Position numbers and translations under genes: made by a program. A model generated the notes under the pieces. That model was not told the origin of the DNA and did not search any database. It saw only the letters and a list, made by a program, of their open reading frames with translations. From Paramoeba atlantica (lineage: Eukaryota; Protista; Discosea): a stretch of 64,000 bases of DNA. Positions 42,564 to 53,887 of this stretch are shown one piece after another; position 1 is the first letter of the stretch, and the number at the start of each line of letters is the position of its first letter. Location of the stretch: NCBI GenBank assembly GCA_977017575.1, contig CDRNVI010000021.1, forward strand, positions 62,001 through 126,000. Direction: 5' to 3'.

Positions 42564-45500
42564 GATATTTTATTCATAAAAGTATTTTTTATATGTAAAA
42601 AATCAACGATTTTGTTTTGTTGGTGTTTCTGAAATGCTAAATTTGATGAATGTACCTGTTTACGAATTTAAATATTTCTGAATGTAAATAGGTATCTCTT
42701 TTAAATTCAGAAACAACAACACATCGTCCTGTTCTCGAAACTCCTAGAGTACCGTCTTTTCATCGAACCGTCCGAGGGTCAGCCCCCGTGCCCATGGCGT
42801 GCTACACTAATGGTGGAGAAATCTCAGGAGTTGGATTGCGAGTTTCAGGGGTGAGCTCACCGAAAAAATTATTCGGAAGTTATGACCCTAGTTGTCACGA
42901 CCTGTCGACCGATATCCTCCTCAAGCCGCAAGATTGGAAGTTCGAACATTTTTGCAGTGATCTTATTGGAAAGCTTAGGCACGAGGTGCGAAAGTGTTTC
43001 GGGCACTCTGCAGATCCCTCATCAGTATCGAGAGATATCGTAAGTCTAGATCTGGCGCTTGATACCATTGCAGCTCACCTAGCTGATTGCTGTTCTCGTG
43101 CGAGGGCGGGTTTGTTTATCACGATGCGTTCGATTGAACCATCTATGGAGGTGATACATTATTTGCGAATAAAACACAGAATGGGTCGGAAATTTGGCGA
43201 CTACTGGAAGGAGGCTCTTAGAGCTGATACCCTCGAGGGGAAATATCTTCAGGCTCAGCGTGAAATGATGAGGTTTCACGAAGCTAACGTCATCGCGAGG
43301 AGAGATGGGAAGAACCGCCGGCGCGCTCGAGTGCGAAGGAGATATGCGAAGGAAAATCCACGTCCAAGGGGGTTTAAAAGGGGGCACATGGAATTAAGGC
43401 GCCTCGAGAAAGATCAAACTCTCCCGCGGGCCCTTTTCTACGAAAGAAAATGCACGAAGCTCGCCTCGGAAAGAGAAACCGTACCGGGGTCGCATAACCT
43501 TAAAGCCCGGCCTCCGCTTTCGCGTAAGACTCAGCCCTCAAAAGGAAACAGCTCCAGTAGGAAAGGGATTCAAGGTAGGCGTTCTCGACACATACCGAGC
43601 CAAGGAAATTATGGAACGGGCCTTATTAGAGTTTCTGTTCGAGACGATTCTGGAAAATCACCTAGTGAAACATTTCCGGGAGATTGTACTGGTAAAGGAC
43701 ATGATGAGACCAGTCTATCTATTTACCCAGGTAAGGATGATTTTCCCAAGAAATTTAAGAGTTTAGGTGAGAATGTTTCCCATCGCACGAGCATAGGCGT
43801 GGAAGCGACAAAAGAAGGGAAGAAAAGACCCCTGAGACGCAGAAATATTGTGGGGAAGAAAAAGTCCCACATGGAGGATACCAAACAAGGTAAATCGGAC
43901 GACATGATTCAGGGCGCCGGGAAGGAACCCGGGCGATTACTCATGCCACGCGGGTATGGGAATAGGGCTCAGGAAGAGTCCTCAGTAAACGCGGCTCAGC
44001 ACCACGGGCGAGCTGGCGTCGCCGCACCTGTCGGTGCCGGCACCTCTCCTTGGAGGATACTCTGTGATTTTGTATCCTATACCTATACGAGTTTTATGCG
44101 CAGGACGTTTTTTGGAGAGAGAAACCATCCCAGAAAAGAGAACTGGCCAATCGATCCGATTGATGTAAAAAGGGTAAATGTAGAAGAACTACTTCTACTG
44201 AAAACTGGAAGCAATGTGAGAGAAGAAAAGAAAATATTCGGTTTCGTGCAGGACGCGAATAAGTTTAAGGGCTTGTTGAGGAAGGATTACGATCCTCGTT
44301 ATCGCGGTGAATCGAAGAGGCTGGAACCTTTCGTGGAGGAGATGGTGAGGTCCGGGGTAATAAAGAGAATCCCACGGAGAACCGCAAAAATATGGATGAC
44401 AGCATTTTTGATTCCCAAGCCGAAGAAGAAAACCATGCGTGTGATCTTGAATGCGATTCCTCTCAACGAGATACAATCTATAGTCCCAGGCCCTTTAACG
44501 TTAGCGAGCTTGCAGGATATTGAAAAGGCGGTCCTGGAAAACAAATTCTTCGGGGAGACGGATGGAAGAAATTGGTACCATCAGTTTGGGCTTCCAGAAG
44601 ATGTTCTGCCATACTTGGCCGTTCGCATTAAGGGAAGGACATATGGTTAGGCCACATTGCCCATGGGATGGCATTCTTCGGTAAAAATTGGTCATGCGGC
44701 TACAAGCTTGATCCATAACCTTCCGGTTAGTAATTCACATCCACTGACTTTTATCGACAATTGTTACCGTTTTGGAACCAGCCAGGAGGATGTAGAGGAT
44801 GACCTGAGCCAAACTTTGCAACGTGCGAAGCAGGTTGGCGCCGAAATTGCGGTCACCACGAAGCCCACCAGTAAGGGCACGGTATTAGGCATTGAGGTAA
44901 ATCTAGAGGAAAAGAAACTCTCACTGCCGGTTCAGTTTATTGATAAATTAAAACACTTACGCGAGGCATTCAAGTTACTAGCGCAACAGCATCGCTTGCC
45001 GACGCACCGTCTAATCTGGAAAGTGTTGGGGACTCTGTTCTGGGCAACTAGAGTGTTAGGTATTACTCAATGCGAATTTCCAACTGTGATGTATTGGCTG
45101 AAAGGGAGGGCACGCAGATTGGCAGCTAAGCCAGTCTTATGGGATTTACCATGCCAGATGTCCCAGAAATTCATCTCGAGCCTTATTGCGCTAATCGATA
45201 GAGTGGAGGCAAACACCCCCAGAAAATTGGAGAGGGGAGAAACCAGTGCCTTTGAATTATATTGTGATGCTTCCGAGAAGGGGTGGGGACTAGCATGGCT
45301 GCAGGGCGGCAGTTTTCAGTATCGCTCTGGAAATTTTGCGGCCTGGCTCAGAGATAAGCCTATTGCATATAAGGAGCTATTCGCAGCAGAGATGGGCTTA
45401 AAACTGGTAAATGAAAGAAAAATCAAGGCTTGTACACTGATATCAGATAATAAGAACGTAGTGGCATGGCTGTCCAAATGGAAGGCAGGACCCCCGCTAA

Positions 45501-46209
45501 TTATGGAGTGGCTACGCCGGTTATACCAGGTGTTTTTCCTACCTGGTTATCTCAAGGAGGTCCGTTGGATTTGCTCCGAGAAAAACATAGCAGATGAACC
45601 CTCACGCCATGGGAACGAGAGCGACAGGCATGGCCATGTATCTCTTTTAAATTCAGAAACAACAACGTTCTAAAGCGTTATAACGTTATAATTCAACAAA
45701 AACTTTTGCATTTCGCGAGTTTCTTGGTCAAGAAAATCTTACCATTTAGTGTAAGGAGGTATTATCTCCAACATACAAAATCGTAAATTTATAGGTTTTA
45801 CTTATTGGGTTCTAACATGTTTCGATCGCTTCGCATGGAGATCGTATTCATATGAAAAAGATATTTTATTCATAAAAGGATTTTTTATATGTAAAAAATC
45901 AACGATTTTGTTTTGTTGGTGTTTCTGAAATGCTAAATTTGATGAATGTACCTGTTTACGAATTTAAATATTTCTGAATGTAAATAGGTATCTCTTTTAA
46001 ATTCAGAAACAACAACGTTCTAAAGCGTTATAACGTTATAATTCAACAAAAACTTTTGCATTTCACGAGTTTCTTGGTCAAGAAAATCTTACCATTTAGT
46101 GTAAGGAGGTATTATCTCCAACATACAAAATCGTAAATTTATAGGTTTTACTTATTGGGTTCTAACATGTTTCGATCGCTTCGCATGGAGATCGTATTCA
46201 TATGAAAAA
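42564..46209 (+). mobile_element. Second type of split-direct-repeat retroelement (family F, TATE/DIRS-like RT)
   Basis: A1 42564-42720, B1 45667-45859, A2 45860-46016, B2 46017-46209; RT/RH ORF between. Confidence 0.8.
42788..45673 (+). pseudogene. Single-frame gag-like/linker/RT/RNase H ORF with one in-frame TAG (44648-44650)
   Basis: FLIPK..RVILN, ETDGRNWYHQF, LPMGW, FIDN, YCDASEKGWG, KELFAA, SDN, NIADEPSR. Confidence 0.8.
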
Positions 46210-47479
46210 AGACAAAAAAACAAAGACACAAAAAAAAAAAAAGCGGACGGGGTCCTGGGGTTTGGAGGTTGTCCCTATAATTTTGGAAGGTTATGGGTGT
46301 TAATCGGTTAACAGCTCTTTATTCTCACGCCTTGTTTTTTCGGAAGCAAGGTTCCCCAATGTGAGGTAGAGATGAGTAAAGGTTTCCTTTGCTCTGCGGT
46401 TAGCGCCTTAATGTTTTTTAGCCGCGTCACTGTTGACACGGCCCTACGCATCACGCCTAGTTGCTCCACACTTCTAGGTACACAAGTTGGTCTAGGGCAG
46501 AGGTTAAAAGCGTAACCTGCGTAGCTCGTGTGAGCTTGTAAAGGGCGTGGCAGTGGACTGGTCATCTATTGCTATCGTTATCCTTTTGTGAGTTCTGGGA
46601 TGGTATATGAAAAATTATTTTACTATGTGATTGGGCATTTCTTTGGTTATTTATATTGATTGTGTGACGTGTGTGGGCAGGTTGGCCGAGGGTTCCGGTG
46701 GGGGGGAATCCCGTTAACAACGTGACACATGATTATTGGTTTTATGCGGGCTTTCTTTTGAACTATGTTTGTGCATGTGAATTCTATCTATATATCGTAT
46801 TATGTGTTCTTTGATTTTGGGACGATTTGGAAGTGTGATTATATTAGTCATAGGTATTTACTTATATTTGTTTGTTACTTATAAGTTTCATGGAGCCCCC
46901 TCGGCGTGGATTTCCGTTAACAACGTGACACATGATTATTGGTTTTATGCAGGCTTTCTTTTGAACTATGTTTGTGCATGTGAATTCTATCTATATATCG
47001 TATTATGTGTTCTTTGATTTTGGGACGATTTATAATAAAATATACATATTTTGAGCGACAATCCTGCGGAAGGGGTAAACACAGGATTTTCGTTGAGTAC
47101 TCAACGAAGTGCCGGATTTTCGTTGAGTACTCAACGAACGGAAATTTATGGTGGAAATCAAGGACTTTTGCATAAGTCAAGGACTTTTGTGGAACATCCA
47201 AGATTTTTTTTTGATTTTCATTTTCCGTGCGTTCAGTATCCTACACTTCGCTATATACGTTGACAACGCCTGCGTAGCGAAAACTACGAAATTCAGTGAG
47301 CTTCGCAAATTGCTTCCCACTAACGACGCACAGGGGAACCCTACGCGGGGTACGGCTCAGGCCCGCTCACGCGGGCCCTCGCCGTTTCGCGGCCGCGCGC
47401 ACCCCCGCTCACGCGGGGGCCCCCGCGCGGCCAAAATGGGTACTAAAATTTGTTATCAAGGTAGTTGGGCTTCGACTGT

Positions 47480-47706
47480 TTTTAGGCTTGATTCCGGACA
47501 ACCAATTCGAATGCATTCCAATGTTGTCCGGAGGTGCTGCGCATGCCAACACCAAGGCACTCCTTCATTCATTGGCCGATCTGTGCGGCGTCAGTCGTGA
47601 GCAGACAGTACAAGACTTCTCTTTACAGCTCCAAGAGTTAAACGGAGCAGTCGCTCTCTCGCAGCTGAAAAAATACTTAAGTCAACATGGAGAGGAGCAG
47701 AATTGA
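47480..47706 (+). pseudogene. CRE C-terminal fragment
   Basis: LIPDNQFECIPMLSGG..LQELNG. Confidence 0.75.
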
Positions 47707-47978
47707 AGAAATGTGAACGTCGAATGTTGCTTGCATTAGTCTAACACATAAACAAAAGGATTAAATCCCCAAATGCATATATACGGTTATGTGATCATTG
47801 AGAACATAATAAACATAGAAAAGGACACGAACGATAAACGCGCAAAAAATTTATCCAAGACATTTGTATATATGATTTACTATGTGTCCGGGCATTTTGA
47901 TATACCTTTAATTTTTAATATCTGTAGTTCCCTTGCAGCAATTTTAAGTTTCCCTCAAGTTGGGTGGGCAAGATTTTT

Positions 47979-48590
47979 CTATTCTTCACTACTTAACCCG
48001 GCACGTGCTCCTAGAAAGTTGCGCAATTGGGAGAACACGATAGCACCGTTTTGCTCCTGTAGATTGAGCGCGAAGTCTTGAATCACGTCCTCTCTGACTA
48101 AGCCGCACACGTCGGCAAGAGATTTGAGGAGGAGCTTGGTGTTTTTATGTAGAGCCCCTCCCGAGAGCATGGGAATGCAGAGGAATTGCTCTTGAGGAAT
48201 AAGGCCGGTCGACACGTAGGCTTTTATTTTACGCCCAATCGCATCTTTCATGAGTCGGGCACCCGTTTTCCCCAGGTTGGAGGGAGACAATTCGTGGATC
48301 AGGGTAAAATCATAGTATATGTCTCCTGCTGGCCAATGTATGACGATGTCCGGGCCGGATCGCACGAAGGAACCGGTGCCACATGTGCGTTGATGCTCTT
48401 GCTTTTGAACTTCGGCTATCGCATCTCCACACACTTTACATTTGAAGGATGAGAGGTGCCGAGGCTCAAGTTCACATGGAATTCCTCCCTTTAAGCAAAG
48501 TTCGTAGAGGCTCCGCACCATTCGATTGTGTTTTACCGTCGCATTGTTTCCCGTACATTTGGTACATCCTGAAATGTGTGCCACCATACA
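47979..48590 (-). pseudogene. CRE lineage 2 endonuclease fragment
   Basis: KHN, EPR, CKVC, RSGPDI..YYDF. Confidence 0.82.
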
Positions 48591-49336
48591 TCCTGAAATG
48601 TGTGCTTCGCAAATTGCTTCCCACGAATGGGTACTAAAATTTGTTATCAAGGTAGTTGGAGTTATTTCTCCCGTGAAATCCTATGAGCTCTCTACAGCAG
48701 GAAGTCACTTGTATCTGAGAAATGTTCACCTTCCCCCCTTCTCTCAATTTACGAAGAGAAATCTACACCTACAACAGACGAACAGCAACCCAACTATCCA
48801 AGAACTATCCAATAAGATTTTCTTTTTCTTTTTCTTTTTCTCTTTATGATGATGAAATATGGACTTTATATATTTTGTTTTTATAATTTTATCGCTTCAA
48901 TGGAAGTTTGCAGCTCGGGTGGCGAGGTGCGCTAAGCCCCAACGCTTCTACTCTAAACCAACAGCCTAAACTACTGATTTACACTAGAAACGCCCCTGAC
49001 TAGGTAGTTGGTCAAGATTATCAAGATTATCAAGTAGTTATCAGTTGGGCCTTTCTTCCTCTTTTTTTTTTCATAGTTGTTCGTTTATTCATATATGTTA
49101 TCAGTTTTTTTTTAGCAATGTGTTTTGCATTTATTACAACTGTCCAATTACGTATCCAAAAGTCTTAATCCCGAAACTAGCAAACCAAAAACTAGCAAAC
49201 CCCTACCTCCCTTCGAAACGCCAACCCCGTACCTTAAAATCCGCAGGAAATCCGGACGCTGGCCACATCCCCCCATCATAGAAAAGGGCCTCCCACCCAA
49301 GAAAACTCCCAAGAAAAGCCGCGGGTTCCACGAAGA

Positions 49337-50150
49337 CTACTCTTCGTTCCCGTACCCATTAACACAGATATCGGGGGAGGCTGCGGGGAGGCGCAGTACA
49401 AGCATACGAGCTTGTGTCCTCATGAGGGCGACGTTCAGCGTTGTCACCAGTTGATGAAGGGCTTCACCCTTCGAGAGTCCCCCGGAGTACGCTGACCGTG
49501 AAGCAGCTACCTCCTTGAGAATGGCGAAGGCACTGGGACTCCATGCCCCGTAGGTCTCCACCACCATAGCACCAAACGTGTGGCGTGCGGCTTCTGCTTC
49601 CTCTCTTTGTTTCTTTTTGTTTTCCGTCGCGTAGCGCTCCGCGAAAGACCCCGCTGCCACCCAGTTAGCGTCACGGACTAAGTCCGTATACTTTGGCTGC
49701 TGGACGTGAGTGACAGCGAAGTCTAATACGAGAGACTGGCCTACGTCGAATGTGGAAAGAAATACGTCCGCTGGCCTGGTGAGGGTGCCTCCGGGGCCCG
49801 TATTCCCCAGACTCACTTCTCGCCGTGGGGTAAACCCGGCTTTGGCACACTCTGTTGTGAACTGTCCCGCAATGGCGTTGTGCCGTGCGATTATGCCGTG
49901 CCCGCACTTGCATACCAGTGCGTGGTCACCCTCGGGGTCAAGCGGCAACGAGCATTTCTCCAGAGGACAGGGCCGGAAAGCTGGGTAAATAGTATCCCCG
50001 AGCCACCAACGCACAAGAGTACGGAATTCAGTCGGTGTGTAGACTAAGCCGCTTTTCTTGGAGGGGATTACGAAAGCCCACTCCGAGGCCCCTTCTCCCG
50101 TTTCCGATGTCCATCTAGCCCTCGTTCGAAGGTTGGCACGAGCAAACGAC
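49337..50150 (-). pseudogene. CRE lineage 1 3' fragment in tandem with 50416-53730
   Basis: CPLEKC..H..C, RHN, RPAD..VLDF. Confidence 0.85.
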
Positions 50151-50415
50151 TCCCGAAATTATCAGTTTTTTTTTTGGTGAGCCCAAAACTAGCAAATGTA
50201 TGTAAAGCCCAACCAAACCGAGCAAACCCAAACCAAGCAAACCCGAAACGAGCAAACCTCAACCTGCCACCTCTCTCACTACCCCGGACCTTATTGCCCG
50301 CAGGACCGTCAGACGCTGGCCACAACCCCCCTGCAGAACCAGGAACCAAACAAAGCAACCACGACACTTACCGCCCCACCCTTGCCCACGAGGTTTTCCA
50401 CCTCTTGGCCGCTTG

Positions 50416-53400
50416 CTACTCTTCCTTCCCGTACCCCAGGAGAGCCAGGTCGGGGCCCGTTGCGGGTAATCGCAAGACTAGCATTCGGGCCTGCGACCTC
50501 ATCAGCGTTACATTCAGAGCTGTGAGAATCTGGTGTAAGGCCGCCCCCTTCGATATGTCACTGCCCGATTTAGCCGCCCTAGCTACTGCCACCTCTCGGA
50601 GAACAGACATTGCGCTGGGACACCACGAGCCGTAGGATTCTACGACCATGGCTCCGAACTTAAAGTGTGCTGCAGTCGCCTCTGCGCGTTGCATGCTCTT
50701 GTTCACGGTGGCATATTGTTCCGCGAACGACCCCGCCGTCACCCAGTTAGCGTCACGGACTGTGTCCGTATACTTTTGTTGCTGGACATGGGTGACAGCG
50801 AAGTCGAGTACAAGGGACCGACCGAGGTGGCTGTCTATAAAGACATCTGCAGGCCTAGTGAGGGTGCCCCCCGGACCCTTGTTTCCCAGGCTGACCTCTC
50901 GTTTGGGGGCGATCCCGGCCTTGGAACACTCCGCCGCAAACTGTGTTGCCAGAGCATTGTGTCGGGAAATGATACCACGCCCGCTTTTGCACGACATCGC
51001 GTGATCCCCCTCTGGACCAAGCGGCTGCGTGCATTTGTCCATGGGGCAAGGTCGGGTGCCGGGGTATATGTTCTCCCCAAGCCACCAGCGTACCGGCATC
51101 CGGAACTCTGTCGGGGTATATGCGTGACCGTTCTTCTTGGAAGGCAAAACAAATGCCCACTCCGACGCTCCTTCCCCCGTTTCAGAGATCCATCGGGCCC
51201 TCGTCCGCGGGTCAGCGGTATTAAGCGCGTTGTTGTATTCCTGGGAAGAGATCGAGTGACTGAGATCTCGTTGTCTGGGAACTACCGCTTCATTTCTAGA
51301 TTCGCTCGCTTCGATAGTACTAAAGAGGGAACGATCTGACACAACCATGCTCTTGGGTATTGTGCCATTTTCGCCGTCTACCAGATTTAGTCCAGCGCGA
51401 TTGTTGACATCGCTCACTGCTTCTTCGAAACCTTTTGCTTCGGTGGGGGCCCAGCCATCCTTCCTTGATGCGAATGCCACGGAGGCCACGTAAGCAGAAG
51501 AGGAATGTTCCTCTGCTGAACGGAGCCCTAGCCCTCCGAAGCGCTTGTCTCGTTGTGTCTGTCGCCGGGCGTCATCGCCAAGTGGGTGGAAAAAGTTTTC
51601 GACAGTGGACTGAACAGTGTCGTCCAGGCGTCGACAAATATCTTGCCGTGCAGATGTCGGGGTGGTACGGAGAGAGTAGACCATCTTGCAGAAGCCTGTA
51701 CAATGCCGGATGAGGGAGAGAGCGATCTGGGGATCCTCGAGCAAAGTTATAGCGGTTAGGGAATCTTGGGCCAGTTCGAAGGCATTGTCCAAATGGAATT
51801 TATGACAGTATTCAGTGGATCCGACTGGGCTACCTAAAATGTTAAAATTACCCTCTAAGTTTTTATTCGGGCCAGGGATGTCAGGGAAAACGGAGGCGCG
51901 AGGGGATGATGAGGGGTGTAAGGCGAGTTCACATTTAGCGGCATTGATATGGAGTCCCCGTTGTGGTCCTTTGATTTCCAGCACGTCGAATGCGTGCCGC
52001 ACATCAGCAGATGATCCAGCCAGCACCCCGTCGTCCAGATACCACAGATTCAAATCGAGCATTGGGGCTACCGCGTGAATTTCCGCCGCTACTTCTCTCA
52101 GGACCAGGGAAAAAAGGAGAGGACCTAAGGGGTCGCCTTGTTGCACTCCTTCAGAAGACGGAATGGTGCGTGTTCCGAAAGTAAGTAGGCTGTCCGAAGA
52201 GTAACACCAATCTACGTAGTGACTGAGAGCGGGAAAGTGTTCGCGAGTAAGGGCAATGATCCAGTCCCGTGAGACATGGTTAAATGCGTTTTTCAGGTCA
52301 ATTTTGCATAGAATGAAGTCATTGTCGTCAACGTGAGAATCGAATGTCTGTCTGCATCGATGGATGACGCGCTCAGACCCTGCTGGAGTGGCCACACCGT
52401 ATTGGTGTCCTTTGAAGAGCTTACGAGCTGTTGTTTTGGCGGAGAGACAGGCGACTTTGCTCACCAGGCGACGGAGCGTCTCTCCGGCCGCTATTGGCCG
52501 CACGTCGCGCCCCCCTTTCTTTAAAGCGCATAAGCGGCCTCCAGCGAAATAGCACTGAACTTCGAGCGGGACTTGCCCCGCGAGCATGTGGTTCGTAAAG
52601 TCGGTCAGTGTACCCAATGGATCCGTACGGCCGTCATGGTGGTACTCTAGTGCCACTTGTACGTGTTCAGGGCGTAGCCCAAAAGCGCCACCCGATGACC
52701 CCCGGTGAAAAGTTGCAAGAGCCTGCGTTACGTCTTCCTCTGTGGCTCGAAGTGGTTTTGGTCCCATTTCCGTCGATGAACTGAGGGGTTTCACCGACGT
52801 AGCGAGTCGGGATGGATGCTTAGCTTGGAGTTTAGTGTAAGTATCATCGTCATCCGGGGCTAGTGGTTCAGAGGTTAGGGCAGCCATGGCTCGAGATAGT
52901 TCCGAGTCGCGAACGAGTCTTTCAGCTCGCATAGCAGATTTGGTTATCTCGTCCTCCGGACTCTGTGCTTGTGCGACGCGTTTTTTGTGTTGTAGGCTCG
53001 CAATTGTTTCGTTCCAAAGGGGGAGAAATTCTTTCCGTGACCACCGGGCGAGACACTTCCGAACGTGCGAGGCGTACGATAGTTTTGCCCTGCTCCCCCC
53101 ACGATGAGGTGCCGGTAGTACGCATTTCGGTAGCATGGCGAGAAGAGTCCAGGCCTCAACTGTATTGTCTCGTACAGCGGAAGAGAGACACTCACAGAAG
53201 ACTTTCGCCCACCCCTGGCGACAGCTGTTGGGAATGTCTTTGCATGTGTTGAGAGGTGTCGAACAGATTGACGCCAGGGAGGGAAGGGGTTCGGCGACGG
53301 CTTGTGCTGCAAAAAATGCAGGGTTGTCCCTCGGGTCGCCCCCTGTCTGTGTAGGTTCGGAGATAGGTGGGGGAGAAGAGCAGCGGAAAGCGCAGTTTTC

Positions 53401-53730
53401 GGCATGGGTGACCTGTTTGCTTAGGTTGTAGTGCCTGTTGCAATCCCTGCATCGGAAACGTCCCTCCTCGTTCCACCAGGTATCAGGCACCTCGTCCCCG
53501 TGTCTGCGGGATACGTGGTTATAAAAGGATTGCCATTGGCCCCCGTGAGGCACAGTTTGCCATGCACATCCCTGAGAAGGACATTTCCGCGTGTTTCCAT
53601 TGACTGTAGGCGGCTTTTCTGGAGTGGTATTGGGGGGTTGATTGAGCCTTTCGGTATCTGAGGAATCGCGTGGCCCTGGTTTCGACACCTGCACGCGACG
53701 TTTACGCTTACCCGTGGGGGTGTTAGTGTT
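50416..53730 (-). CDS. CRE lineage 1 RT-endonuclease, ~1100 aa open, two N-terminal zinc fingers (start replaced by a low-complexity junction)
   Basis: CPSQGC..HVSRRH, CRDC..H..C; RT WYLDD; CCHC; RPAD..LDF..K. Confidence 0.92.
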   Translation of the reverse strand, partial: NTNTPTGKRKRRVQVSKPGPRDSSDTERLNQPPNTTPEKPPTVNGNTRKCPSQGCAWQTVPHGGQWQSFYNHVSRRHGDEVPDTWWNEEGRFRCRDCNRHYNLSKQVTHAENCAFRCSSPPPISEPTQTGGDPRDNPAFFAAQAVAEPLPSLASICSTPLNTCKDIPNSCRQGWAKVFCECLSSAVRDNTVEAWTLLAMLPKCVLPAPHRGGSRAKLSYASHVRKCLARWSRKEFLPLWNETIASLQHKKRVAQAQSPEDEITKSAMRAERLVRDSELSRAMAALTSEPLAPDDDDTYTKLQAKHPSRLATSVKPLSSSTEMGPKPLRATEEDVTQALATFHRGSSGGAFGLRPEHVQVALEYHHDGRTDPLGTLTDFTNHMLAGQVPLEVQCYFAGGRLCALKKGGRDVRPIAAGETLRRLVSKVACLSAKTTARKLFKGHQYGVATPAGSERVIHRCRQTFDSHVDDNDFILCKIDLKNAFNHVSRDWIIALTREHFPALSHYVDWCYSSDSLLTFGTRTIPSSEGVQQGDPLGPLLFSLVLREVAAEIHAVAPMLDLNLWYLDDGVLAGSSADVRHAFDVLEIKGPQRGLHINAAKCELALHPSSSPRASVFPDIPGPNKNLEGNFNILGSPVGSTEYCHKFHLDNAFELAQDSLTAITLLEDPQIALSLIRHCTGFCKMVYSLRTTPTSARQDICRRLDDTVQSTVENFFHPLGDDARRQTQRDKRFGGLGLRSAEEHSSSAYVASVAFASRKDGWAPTEAKGFEEAVSDVNNRAGLNLVDGENGTIPKSMVVSDRSLFSTIEASESRNEAVVPRQRDLSHSISSQEYNNALNTADPRTRARWISETGEGASEWAFVLPSKKNGHAYTPTEFRMPVRWWLGENIYPGTRPCPMDKCTQPLGPEGDHAMSCKSGRGIISRHNALATQFAAECSKAGIAPKREVSLGNKGPGGTLTRPADVFIDSHLGRSLVLDFAVTHVQQQKYTDTVRDANWVTAGSFAEQYATVNKSMQRAEATAAHFKFGAMVVESYGSWCPSAMSVLREVAVARAAKSGSDISKGAALHQILTALNVTLMRSQARMLVLRLPATGPDLALLGYGKEE

Positions 53731-53755
53731 CTGTTCCTTTTTTTTTGCTGTCTTA

Positions 53756-53787
<32 letters not shown>

Positions 53788-53887
53788 ATACATGTATGTT
53801 ATGTAAATGCGCCAATTACTATCTCAAGTTCTGAAAAATCTATCCTGACTGCAGGCTTTAGAAGCTCTTCCCCTCTTTAGAAACTCT

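Larger units (their letters stand above)
40264..46914 (+). mobile_element. VIPER-like element family A (gag and YR deleted) hosting mini-element E and element F
   Basis: A start TAATAGTCCACG-TTTT-GAAATTTAGCCGAGGGGC; B end CCCCTCGGCGTGGATTTC at 46914; 46550-46680 matches the pre-B1 region of element C; partial B duplicate 46915-47030. Confidence 0.75.

Noticed and set aside
43395-44100. Tyrosine recombinase in an alternative frame of element F
   Set aside because: Only vague fragments (e.g. LFET..REIVLVKD, THATR) in different frames with many stops; not supportable
44648-44650. Stop-codon reassignment or programmed readthrough
   Set aside because: Single TAG at a probable Trp position; long ORFs elsewhere read normally in the standard code
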